A stretch of DNA of 64,000 nucleotides from Candidatus Fraserbacteria bacterium (GTDB lineage: Bacteria > Bipolaricaulota > Bipolaricaulia > RBG-16-55-9). The notes beneath the pieces are model-generated. The model was not told the origin of the DNA. It made no database searches and saw nothing but the letters and a program-made list of their open reading frames with translations. Positions 10,102 to 18,082 of this stretch are shown piece after piece. A program made the position numbers and the translations under genes. Positions within the stretch are counted from its first letter, which is position 1; the number at the start of each line of letters is the position of its first letter. The stretch is taken from the NCBI GenBank assembly GCA_037443265.1, contig JBBIOR010000004.1, positions 25,972-89,971 of the forward strand, in the 5' to 3' direction.

Positions 10102-11154
10102 TTGTCTAACGAAGAGCTCTTGCTCGACGTGAAGAATCTGAAGAAATACTTTCCGGTCAAGCGGGGGATTTTCCGGCGCACCGTCGCTTGGGTGAAGGCG
10201 GTCGATGGGGTCAATTTCTTCATCAAAAAGGGCGAAACGCTCGGGCTGGTGGGCGAGAGCGGCTGCGGCAAGACGACGGCCGGGCGGGCCATCTTGCGCT
10301 TGATTGAGCCTGATCCGGGCAGCCAGATCCTCTTCCACTGGGACGGCCAGCTGGTCGACATCGCCAAGCTCCGTCCGAGCCAACTCAAACCCCTACGCCG
10401 CCAGATGCAGATCATCTTTCAAGATCCCTATTCGAGTCTCAACCCGCGCATGACCATTGGAGACATCATTGGGGAGCCGTTGGTCGTGCACGGGGTGGCC
10501 CGCGGCAAGGAGCGCGAGGCCCGCGTGAGGGAACTCTTGGACGCCGTCGGACTCAACCCGGCGTACATGAAGCGCTATCCGCACGAGTTTTCCGGCGGCC
10601 AGCGGCAGCGCATTGGGATCGCCCGTGCGCTCGCCCTCGATCCCCAGCTCATCATCTGCGACGAGCCGGTCTCCGCGCTGGATGTCTCGATTCAGGCTCA
10701 AGTGCTCAATCTGTTGGAAGATCTTCAGAAAGAATTCGGGCTGACGTATCTCTTCATCGCGCATGATCTCTCGGTGGTGCGCCACATCAGCGACAGAATT
10801 GCCGTGATGTATTTAGGCAAGATCGTGGAGATGGCCGACACCGAGGAGCTCTTCCGGAATCCCAAGCACCCCTACACGGAAGCGCTGCTTTCGGCCGTTC
10901 CTGTGCCCGATCCGGCTGTGAAGATGGATCGGATCATCCTCGAAGGAGATGTGCCCAGCCCCGTCAATCCGCCGGCGGGATGCGTCTTCCACCCGCGCTG
11001 TCCCTATTACAACAAGAACCGCTGGGAGGCCTGCAAGACCAAGGTGCCCGAGCTGATGGACGTGACGGGGACGGGGCATTATGCGGCCTGTCACTTCGCC
11101 CGTGAGCTGAAGCTTCAGGGTGTGGAGGAGATCGTGGAGCGACGCGCGCGTTGA
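10102..11154 (+). CDS. oppF: Oligopeptide/dipeptide ABC transporter ATP-binding protein (OppF/DppF type)
   Basis: Walker A is GESGCGKTT, the signature is FSGGQRQR, a C-terminal CxxC-rich Opp domain is present, and the start is TTG. Confidence 0.85.
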   Translation: MSNEELLLDVKNLKKYFPVKRGIFRRTVAWVKAVDGVNFFIKKGETLGLVGESGCGKTTAGRAILRLIEPDPGSQILFHWDGQLVDIAKLRPSQLKPLRRQMQIIFQDPYSSLNPRMTIGDIIGEPLVVHGVARGKEREARVRELLDAVGLNPAYMKRYPHEFSGGQRQRIGIARALALDPQLIICDEPVSALDVSIQAQVLNLLEDLQKEFGLTYLFIAHDLSVVRHISDRIAVMYLGKIVEMADTEELFRNPKHPYTEALLSAVPVPDPAVKMDRIILEGDVPSPVNPPAGCVFHPRCPYYNKNRWEACKTKVPELMDVTGTGHYAACHFARELKLQGVEEIVERRAR

Positions 11155-11726
11155 AAATCCTGCTCGGGACGAAAAACGACAAAAAAATCCCAGAATTTCT
11201 CGATATATTGGCAGGTCTCCCGGCTGTTCAATGGTTGACATATCAGGACTGTCCGTTTCGTGATGTAGAAGAGGACGGTCGCAGCTTTGAAGAGAATGCG
11301 CTTAAAAAGGCCCGCCAGATCTCGCAAGAGACGGGGCTGGCCACTTTGGCCGAAGACTCCGGACTGGAAGTGAGAGCGCTACAGGGGGCCCCAGGCGTGA
11401 GGAGTGCGCGCTTTGCGGGCGAGAAGGCCACAGACTCCCAAAACATCCAGAAGCTCCTCCAAGGGCTTAAGGGCGTAGCTGATCGAAGAGCTCGCTTCGT
11501 GTGCGTGGCTGTCTTGCGTTTCCCCGATGGAAGGGAGCTGATCTCGCGGGGGATGCTTGAGGGCAAGATTGCAGAGGAGCCTCGGGGACAAGCGGGCTTC
11601 GGCTATGATCCCGTCTTCATCCCTGAGGGCTATGACAAGACGCTCGCGGAGCTAGGGCCTGAGGTGAAAAATCACATCAGTCATCGGCGAAGGGCTCTTG
11701 AAAAACTCATGCAAGATCTTCTATGA
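11151..11726 (+). CDS. rdgB: Non-canonical purine NTP pyrophosphatase (RdgB/Ham1)
   Basis: Ham1 fold motifs are present (LGTKNDKK...SGLEV...GFGYDPVF). The TTG start overlaps the oppF stop. Confidence 0.85.
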   Translation: MKILLGTKNDKKIPEFLDILAGLPAVQWLTYQDCPFRDVEEDGRSFEENALKKARQISQETGLATLAEDSGLEVRALQGAPGVRSARFAGEKATDSQNIQKLLQGLKGVADRRARFVCVAVLRFPDGRELISRGMLEGKIAEEPRGQAGFGYDPVFIPEGYDKTLAELGPEVKNHISHRRRALEKLMQDLL

Positions 11727-11745
11727 GCCCAATACGAGCGATGAA

Positions 11746-12852
11746 CTAGGCTTCTCGTAACTCCTGATCTAATTCTTCGAGCAGCTGCCGCCCTCGCTGT
11801 GTGAGGTTCTTCGGGGTCACGACTCTCACCGTCACGTACTGATCGCCCCGGCCCCCTCCTCTAAGATGAGGAATTCCCAGCCCCGGCAGCTTGAACATCT
11901 CGCCGGACTGCGTCCCTGGCGGTATGGAAAGTTCTTCCTGGCCGAAGAGCGTCGGCACTTTGATCTTCGCTCCCAACGCCGCCTGGGCGAAGGTGATGGG
12001 GACCTCGCAGTAGATATCATCGCCCTGGCGGGTGAAAGTATCGTGCGGCGTGATCTCCACGATGATATATAGATCCCCCGCTGGGCCGCCGTACAGCCCG
12101 GCGTTGCCCTCGCCTGCCAGCCTCAGGCGCGAGTCGGTGTCCACCCCCGGCGGCACTTTGATCGAGATCCGGCTCTGCTCCCAGATCCGCCCTTGCCCAT
12201 CGCACTTTTGACAGAGCGTCTCAGAGATCTCTCCGGTCCCCTCGCAGCGCCGACAGGTCATGATGTTGACAAAGCTGCCCAGCATCGTCCGCCGGCGCGA
12301 TTCGACTTGGCCTCGGCCCTGGCACGAGGGACAAGTGACCACTCGAGAGCCCGGCTCGCGCCCCTCTCCGCCACAGCGATCGCACGCGACATAACGGGGG
12401 ACGGTGACCTTGACGCGCGTGCCCCCTGCGGCGTCTTCAAGGGTCAGCCGAAGCTTGTATTCAAGATCTTCGCCTCGCTGGGCCCGAGTTCTTTGATGGG
12501 CGCGAGCCGTGGTGCGCATCCCCTCGCCGAAGAACATGCTGAAGAGATCATCCCAAGCGGTGCCGAAGCCGAATTCCTCAAAGGCCTCGCGCGCCCGGCG
12601 GAAGTCTCTTAGATCAAACTCGAAGCCTTGCTCCGGCCCCACATGGCCGAAGCGATCATATTGGGCCCGCTTCTGCGGATCTGAGAGCACTTCGTAGGCC
12701 TCGGCGATCTCTTTGAATTTCTCGGCGCTCCCGCCGTCTTTGGCCACATCGGGATGATACTTCTTCGCCAATCTGCGGTAGGCCTTCTTGATCTCCTCCG
12801 GTGAAGCCTCCCGGCTGACCCCTAAAGTCGCGTAGTAGTCCTTCTTAGCCAT
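11746..12852 (-). CDS. dnaJ: Chaperone DnaJ (type I, with Zn finger)
   Basis: There is a J domain with HPD ([10 protein letters not shown]), four CxxCxGxG repeats and a C-terminal client-binding domain. Confidence 0.95.
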   Translation of the reverse strand: MAKKDYYATLGVSREASPEEIKKAYRRLAKKYHPDVAKDGGSAEKFKEIAEAYEVLSDPQKRAQYDRFGHVGPEQGFEFDLRDFRRAREAFEEFGFGTAWDDLFSMFFGEGMRTTARAHQRTRAQRGEDLEYKLRLTLEDAAGGTRVKVTVPRYVACDRCGGEGREPGSRVVTCPSCQGRGQVESRRRTMLGSFVNIMTCRRCEGTGEISETLCQKCDGQGRIWEQSRISIKVPPGVDTDSRLRLAGEGNAGLYGGPAGDLYIIVEITPHDTFTRQGDDIYCEVPITFAQAALGAKIKVPTLFGQEELSIPPGTQSGEMFKLPGLGIPHLRGGGRGDQYVTVRVVTPKNLTQRGRQLLEELDQELREA

Positions 12853-12873
12853 GGGTAGCGCTCAGCAGCGCAG

Positions 12874-14730
12874 CTATTTGCTGCCATCTTCCTTCTCGTA
12901 CTCGGCCTCGACATACTCGCCCGAGTCGCGCTCTTCTCCCTCCGCGCCGTCTCGGCCCGCCTGGCCAGCGGCCTCGGCCTGCCGTTGATAGATCTGCTGG
13001 CCCAGCTCCAGTGACGCTTGACGGAGCTCCTCCATCGCCTGCCTGAGCTCTGTGGCAGAAGCCTCGCGCCTAAGTAGCTCTTTGAGAGAGTCGACCTTGG
13101 CCTGGATCTTCCGACGAGTTGCCTCGCTCAGCTTATCTGCGAACTCGCGCAGGCTCTTCTCGACGGTGTAGACCAGATGATCCGCCTGGTTGCGCGTCTC
13201 GATCTCTTCCACTCGCCGACGATCCTCTTCGGCGTACTGCTCGGCCTCGCGCTGCATCCTCTTGATCTCTTCTTCGCTGAGGCGCGAGGACTCTTTGATC
13301 ACAATGCTGGCCGACTTGCCCGTCCCCAGATCCTTCGCCGTCACGTTGAGGATGCCGTCGGCGTCGATAGAGAACTTGACTTCGATCTGAGGGACGCCTC
13401 GGGGGGCGGGCGGAATGCCCGTGAGCTGGAATCTCCCCAGGCTCTTGTTGTCCCTGGCCAACTTGCGCTCCCCCTGCACGATGTGGATGTCTACGCTCGT
13501 CTGGCCATCATCGGCCGTGGTGAAGACCCGCGTCTTCTCGCACGGAATTGTGGTGTTCTTCTCGATGATGGGGGTGGCGATTCCGCCCAGGGTCTCAATC
13601 GAGAGCGTAAGAGGCGTGACATCCAGAAGGACGATCTCATCGATCTCGCCTGCCAGAACCGCCCCTTGCAGAGCCGCTCCCAGTGCCACGACTTCATCCG
13701 GGTTGATCTCTTTGTTGATCTTGCCGGGGACGAGTTGTTCAATCAGCTGCTGCACCTTGGGGATGCGAGTGGAGCCCCCAACGAGCACGACTTGATCGAT
13801 GTCTTTCTCCGTCATCTTCGCATCCTTGAGCGTCTGCTGCACGAGTACGATCGTGCGCTCCAGAAGATCTCCGATCAAGCTCTCCAGCTTGGCGCGGGTG
13901 AGCTTGCGCTCGAGATGCTTCGGCCCTTTCTCATCCGCCGTGATGTACGGCAGACTGATGAGGGTCTCCTGCTTGAAGGAGAGCTCCTTCTTGGCGTTTT
14001 CCGCCGCATCCTTGAGTCGCTGCATGGCCGAAAGATCTCTTCTAAGATCGATGCCGGTCTCTTGCTTGAATTCTTCGACGAGCCAATTCATGATCCGCTC
14101 GTCGAAGTCTTTGCCACCCAGCTGGGTGTCGCCGCCGGTGGCCACCACCTCGAAGACACCCTCGCCGATTTCGAGGATCGAGATGTCGAAGGTGCCGCCG
14201 CCCAGATCGTAGACGAGGATCGTCTGGTCTTTCTCCTTGTCGAGTCCGTAGGCCAGCGCTGCCGCCGTGGGCTCGTTGAAGACCCTCATGACCTCCAGGC
14301 CCGCGATGCGGCCCGCATCTTTCGTGGCTTGACGCTGCATGTTGTTAAAATAGGCCGGACAGGTGATCACGGCCTTCTTGATCTTGTGGCCTAGCCGCTC
14401 CTCCGCATCGGCCTTGAGTTTCTGCAAGATCATGGCCGAGATCTCCTCGGGCGAGTATTCTTTCGCGCCCTGCCGGGTCTGGATACGCACACGATAATCC
14501 GTGCCCATCTTGCGCTTAATTTCAAGAATGGTGCGCTCCGGATTCGTGACCGCCTGACGGCGGGCCAGCATGCCCACTAAGCGCTCCCCATCCTCGCTGA
14601 AGGCCACCACCGAAGGGGTAATTCTCTCCCCCTCCGCGTTGGGGATGATCTCCGGCTTGCCGCCTTCGACGATGGCAAGGGCCGAAAATGTCGTTCCCAA
14701 ATCGATTCCCACGATCTTCTCTTTCGCCAT
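12874..14730 (-). CDS. dnaK: Chaperone DnaK (Hsp70)
   Basis: The N-terminus reads [13 protein letters not shown] and the Hsp70 signatures are present. The product is 618 aa. Confidence 0.97.
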   Translation of the reverse strand: MAKEKIVGIDLGTTFSALAIVEGGKPEIIPNAEGERITPSVVAFSEDGERLVGMLARRQAVTNPERTILEIKRKMGTDYRVRIQTRQGAKEYSPEEISAMILQKLKADAEERLGHKIKKAVITCPAYFNNMQRQATKDAGRIAGLEVMRVFNEPTAAALAYGLDKEKDQTILVYDLGGGTFDISILEIGEGVFEVVATGGDTQLGGKDFDERIMNWLVEEFKQETGIDLRRDLSAMQRLKDAAENAKKELSFKQETLISLPYITADEKGPKHLERKLTRAKLESLIGDLLERTIVLVQQTLKDAKMTEKDIDQVVLVGGSTRIPKVQQLIEQLVPGKINKEINPDEVVALGAALQGAVLAGEIDEIVLLDVTPLTLSIETLGGIATPIIEKNTTIPCEKTRVFTTADDGQTSVDIHIVQGERKLARDNKSLGRFQLTGIPPAPRGVPQIEVKFSIDADGILNVTAKDLGTGKSASIVIKESSRLSEEEIKRMQREAEQYAEEDRRRVEEIETRNQADHLVYTVEKSLREFADKLSEATRRKIQAKVDSLKELLRREASATELRQAMEELRQASLELGQQIYQRQAEAAGQAGRDGAEGEERDSGEYVEAEYEKEDGSK

Positions 14731-15308
14731 TAGCTCCTCCCTCCTTGCTCTTCACCGGCTCTTCTTCGGCTCACCTTGACGCGGCTGGGGCGCAGGAGCC
14801 GCCCGGCGCGCAGGTAGCCGCGCTCGAATTCCTCCAGCACCAGATTGGGCTTCTCATCCGCCTCCACGCTCAAAAGCGCCTCATGAAGCGCGGGATCAAA
14901 CGGTCTTCCGAGGGCCTCAATGGGGTGGACGTCTTGAGCTTTCAAAAACTCGTGGAACTGGGCGAAGATGCGCTCCATGCCCTCGATGAACGACTCTTTG
15001 TCGTTGTTCTTGCGAAACGCCCGAAACGCCAGCTCAAAGCTGTCATAGATGGGCAGGATCTTCAACAGGAGCTGATTCTCGACCAGATGAGCGAATTCCT
15101 CCTGTTGGCGGGCCACTCTCTTCTGGTAGTTCTCAAAGTCGGCCTGCAAGTGCTTCAATCGGTCGATATAGGCCTTCAATTGCTCGTCTTTCTCCTGGAG
15201 CTCTCTGCGAAGCTGTTCGACCGTCTCTTGTGGAGCCGTCTCCGTCTGAGTCATCTCCGGATTGGAGTTCATCTCCGGCCTTGAGTGCTTCTTCGTCATA
15301 TTATGCAC
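14730..15308 (-). CDS. grpE: Nucleotide exchange factor GrpE
   Basis: The protein has a coiled-coil N-terminal part and a GrpE C-terminal domain, and sits between hrcA and dnaK. Confidence 0.9.
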   Translation of the reverse strand: MHNMTKKHSRPEMNSNPEMTQTETAPQETVEQLRRELQEKDEQLKAYIDRLKHLQADFENYQKRVARQQEEFAHLVENQLLLKILPIYDSFELAFRAFRKNNDKESFIEGMERIFAQFHEFLKAQDVHPIEALGRPFDPALHEALLSVEADEKPNLVLEEFERGYLRAGRLLRPSRVKVSRRRAGEEQGGRS

Positions 15309-16341
15309 CTCCCTCTACGGTGGGCACGCCCTCGCGGTGGCTGAGCGCCAGAATCGCCTGGAGGCGATTGCCAATATAAGTCGTGACCGAGAAGGCCTTG
15401 CTGTAGTCCATGCGGATGGGGCCGAGCACCCCCAGCACACCGGAGAAGCCGTACTCCATGAAGACCAAACTGCAAGAGCGCAGATCTCGCAGGGCGTTCT
15501 CTTTTCCGATGAGCGCCTGGACTCGAGGAGACGCCTCCGATTCCAGATAGCGACCGAAGCGATGGGCATCGCTGACGAGGGCAAGAATCTCACAGGCATC
15601 GGCGAGATCCTGGCCTTCCTCCAAGAGGCGTGGCAGAAGTCGAAAGAGCCCTTCGGCATGGAGCCTGCGCTCCAGTCGGCGCTCCAGGGCACTCTTCAAC
15701 AGCAAGAAGGCGCCTCTCACGATAGGGTCGTACCAGTCTTCCTCTTCGGCAAAGCGCAGGGCAAAAGCCCGGACTTCGTCCAGCCGGCGCCCGCGCAGCG
15801 TGGCGTTGAGCAGAGCGCTGACCTCTCGGATCTCCGCCTCGGAGAGCGCTGAGCGGATGACGGCGTGGTCGATGATCCCAAGCTCTGAGACGATCACCAC
15901 GAGCACGTTCTGCGCATCGAGCTTGACGAACGTGATCGACTCCAGGCGCGTCTCCTCCAGACGCGGGGAGAGCACAAAGCCGGCGTAGCTACTGAGATTC
16001 GCCAGCAGGAAGGCTGTCTGGCGCAGGAGTTCACCAATCTCCAGGCGCTGAAAGCGATAACTCTCGATGAGCGCGTGCTCTGCTTGGCGGTGGAGCTCGC
16101 TGAGCTCCACGAGCCAATCGACGAAGAAGCGATAGCCCTTCTCGGTGGGTACCCGCCCGGCGGAGCTGTACTCCTTGCGGATGAGCCCTTGCTCCTCCAG
16201 ATCCATCATGTCGTTGCGGATCGTGGCGGAGCTCACCGAGAGCCCATACTCCCCTAAGAGCGTCTGGGAGCTGACAGGCTGACCCGTGCGGATATAATGA
16301 TCCACGATCGCCTTGAGCACCCATTTCTTCCGGTCTTCCAT
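15301..16341 (-). CDS. hrcA: Heat-inducible transcription repressor HrcA
   Basis: It has a winged-helix N-terminus (VLKAIVDHYIRTGQPVSSQTL) and is the first gene of hrcA-grpE-dnaK-dnaJ. A CIRCE element lies immediately upstream. Confidence 0.9.
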   Translation of the reverse strand: MEDRKKWVLKAIVDHYIRTGQPVSSQTLLGEYGLSVSSATIRNDMMDLEEQGLIRKEYSSAGRVPTEKGYRFFVDWLVELSELHRQAEHALIESYRFQRLEIGELLRQTAFLLANLSSYAGFVLSPRLEETRLESITFVKLDAQNVLVVIVSELGIIDHAVIRSALSEAEIREVSALLNATLRGRRLDEVRAFALRFAEEEDWYDPIVRGAFLLLKSALERRLERRLHAEGLFRLLPRLLEEGQDLADACEILALVSDAHRFGRYLESEASPRVQALIGKENALRDLRSCSLVFMEYGFSGVLGVLGPIRMDYSKAFSVTTYIGNRLQAILALSHREGVPTVEGGA

Positions 16342-16344
16342 GAA

Positions 16345-16371
16345 TTAGCACTCTCCATCAATGACTGCTAA
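16345..16371. promoter_or_regulatory. CIRCE operator (TTAGCACTC-N9-GACTGCTAA), the HrcA binding site
   Basis: The inverted repeat matches the CIRCE consensus TTAGCACTC-N9-GAGTGCTAA with one mismatch. It lies 3 nt upstream of the hrcA start codon, and the SD GGAGAG is embedded in its right half. Confidence 0.85.
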
Positions 16372-16380
16372 TCAAGGGGG

Positions 16381-16409
16381 ATGATACAGATTTATGCGGA
16401 AGTTGTCAA
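16381..16409 (-). promoter_or_regulatory. Sigma-A-type promoter of the hrcA operon (TTGACA-17-TATCAT) directly upstream of CIRCE
   Basis: On the minus strand, TTGACA is the reverse complement of 16404-16409 and TATCAT the reverse complement of 16381-16386. The predicted TSS falls at the CIRCE edge. Confidence 0.6.
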
Positions 16410-16465
16410 GCTAGGCCGGACCAGCTGGGACCCGGCATTTCGAGCGGAGTAAGAGACGGCACCAC

Positions 16466-16471
16466 TATAAT
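16466..16471 (+). promoter_or_regulatory. -10 box TATAAT, 9 nt upstream of the methyltransferase ATG (near-leaderless)
   Basis: The context is CACCACTATAATCTCAAAGCCATGG, with no SD. Confidence 0.4.
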
Positions 16472-16480
16472 CTCAAAGCC

Positions 16481-17023
16481 ATGGAGAACATCAAGAAGCT
16501 CTATCCCCGAGAGCTGCGCAAGCGGATGCCGACCCCCGAGGAAGTCGCAGCCATCCCCCGTCAACCCCTCATCTTCGTGCTGGATAATATCCTCGACACG
16601 TTCAACGTGGGGGCGCTCTTTCGCCTGGCGGACGCCGTGGCGGCCGAAAAGCTCTATCTCTGTGGGGAGACTCCGATGCCTCCCAACGCCCGCATTCACA
16701 AATCGGCCGTGGGAACGGAGAACTGGGTGCCCTGGGAGCATCGCCCCGATTCTATCTCTATCATAAAAGAACTTAAGGCTGGCAAGCTCCCTCGAAAGAT
16801 CATCGCCGTCGAGCAACACCCGCGCAGCATCCCTTACGCGCAGCTCACGGCCTCGCTGCCAGCCGCTGTGATCCTGGGGCATGAGACGCGCGGCATCACC
16901 CCCGAAGCGCTGGCGCTGGCCGATGTGATTGTGGAGTTGCCGATGCTGGGGGTAACGCGCTCGCTCAACGTGGCAGCCACCGCAGCCGTCGTCGTGTACA
17001 AACTGCTGGAAGGCAGTCGGTAG
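16481..17023 (+). CDS. SpoU/TrmH-family RNA 2'-O-methyltransferase
   Basis: The 180-aa product has the SPOUT knot motifs (ILGHETRGI and LPMLGVTRSLNVAATAAVVVYKL). Confidence 0.75.
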   Translation: MENIKKLYPRELRKRMPTPEEVAAIPRQPLIFVLDNILDTFNVGALFRLADAVAAEKLYLCGETPMPPNARIHKSAVGTENWVPWEHRPDSISIIKELKAGKLPRKIIAVEQHPRSIPYAQLTASLPAAVILGHETRGITPEALALADVIVELPMLGVTRSLNVAATAAVVVYKLLEGSR

Positions 17024-17032
17024 GCAAAGAAT

Positions 17033-17061
17033 TGACATGACCTTAAGAGAATTCCTACAAT
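17033..17061 (+). promoter_or_regulatory. Promoter TTGACA-17-TACAAT for the outer-membrane gene pair
   Basis: TTGACA is at 17033-17038 and TACAAT at 17056-17061. The SD AAGGAGG precedes the start at 17085/17088. Confidence 0.55.
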
Positions 17062-17084
17062 GCCTCTACTAAAGGAGGAATGCG

Positions 17085-18062
17085 GTGATGAGAAGGGTTC
17101 TTCTGATGATCGGGATCGCGTGGGCGCTATTGGCCCTGCTGTGCCCTGCCAGCGAGGCACAGCAGATGCCGATCAAGCCGTTCTTCACTCAAACGGGTCT
17201 AGATGGGCAGCTGATCGGACTGGAGCTAGACACTCAATTGGGCATCTGGAAGCCCATTGCTGCCCTGGCGTATGGCCTGGAGAGCGGCCGCTTCCGCTAT
17301 AAAGCGGGACTCCTGCTGGTCACGGGCTTGGAGCTTCCCCTCTTGGGCCAGAGGCTAGGGGATTTCAGTGTGGCTCTGGTCGATTGGCCCACGAGCGCGA
17401 TCTTGGGCCGAGAAGGCCAGATGGGAATCGAACTGGGCTGGAGCTTGGGCCGCGCTCACTTCTCGCTGTTTACCGGTAACCTCTGGACAAAAGGAGGCGA
17501 AGCGCCGCACGTCAATTATTTGCTCATCGACACGTCCTATTCCTTTGAGCTGCCCTTCGATCTTCGCTTGAGCACATCCGCGCAGATGGTCTTTGGAATG
17601 CTGGTGGAAGGCTCTTCTTCTGCCAAGCCCTTTCAGTCGATGGCGCGGACCCTCAGCTTGAGCTTGGGAGATCTTCGCTTGAGCGGCCGCTGGGGGACCC
17701 TCGCCAATGAGGCCCAGCTGGCAGGATTTCAGTTCACCACGGGCGTGAGGGGCATCTCTGAAACCCTCAAAGGGCATCAGTTCTGGAACGTGACCCTGGA
17801 GCGCACATTCCCTATGCACGAGAGCTCCATGGAACTTCCAGGCCCGCCTCTCCTCACACGGTTCTTGCCCAGGGCGCTTCCGGTGCGCCTGGCGGGCGTG
17901 CTCTTCTTCCAGGCCGGTGGTGCTATCCCTGAGGAGAGCGCCCAGTTTGAGATGCTCTTCAGCTGGGGGATGTCTGCTACGTTCTCTGTTCATGAGCTTC
18001 GCCTCAGAGCAGAGCTGATCTTCGCTCAAGACGGCCAGACCCGATTCAACTTCAGCTTCTAA
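17085..18062 (+). CDS. Outer-membrane beta-barrel protein (signal peptide, C-terminal Phe)
   Basis: The signal peptide reads MMRRVLLMIGIAWALLALLCPASEA. The sequence shows alternating amphipathic beta-strand patterning and ends ...TRFNFSF. The gene is co-oriented with, and 20 nt upstream of, the Omp85 fusion gene. Confidence 0.6.
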   Translation: MMRRVLLMIGIAWALLALLCPASEAQQMPIKPFFTQTGLDGQLIGLELDTQLGIWKPIAALAYGLESGRFRYKAGLLLVTGLELPLLGQRLGDFSVALVDWPTSAILGREGQMGIELGWSLGRAHFSLFTGNLWTKGGEAPHVNYLLIDTSYSFELPFDLRLSTSAQMVFGMLVEGSSSAKPFQSMARTLSLSLGDLRLSGRWGTLANEAQLAGFQFTTGVRGISETLKGHQFWNVTLERTFPMHESSMELPGPPLLTRFLPRALPVRLAGVLFFQAGGAIPEESAQFEMLFSWGMSATFSVHELRLRAELIFAQDGQTRFNFSF

Positions 18063-18082
18063 AAGAGGGAGGGGGATGCACG

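Noticed and set aside
11727-11745. Possible bidirectional terminator between convergent rdgB and dnaJ (ACGAG...CTCGT)
   Set aside because: The stem is only 5 bp with a 14-nt loop and has no U-tract on either strand. It is too weak to call.
13177-14394. A 405-aa ORF antisense to dnaK, and many similar 60-200-aa antisense ORFs (e.g. 9772-10383, 25401-25919, 16406-17038, 21503-22039)
   Set aside because: These are typical high-GC shadow ORFs. Their composition is low-complexity and Arg/Ala/Gly-rich. They lie fully inside well-supported genes on the opposite strand, and GC3 is lower than in the annotated frame.
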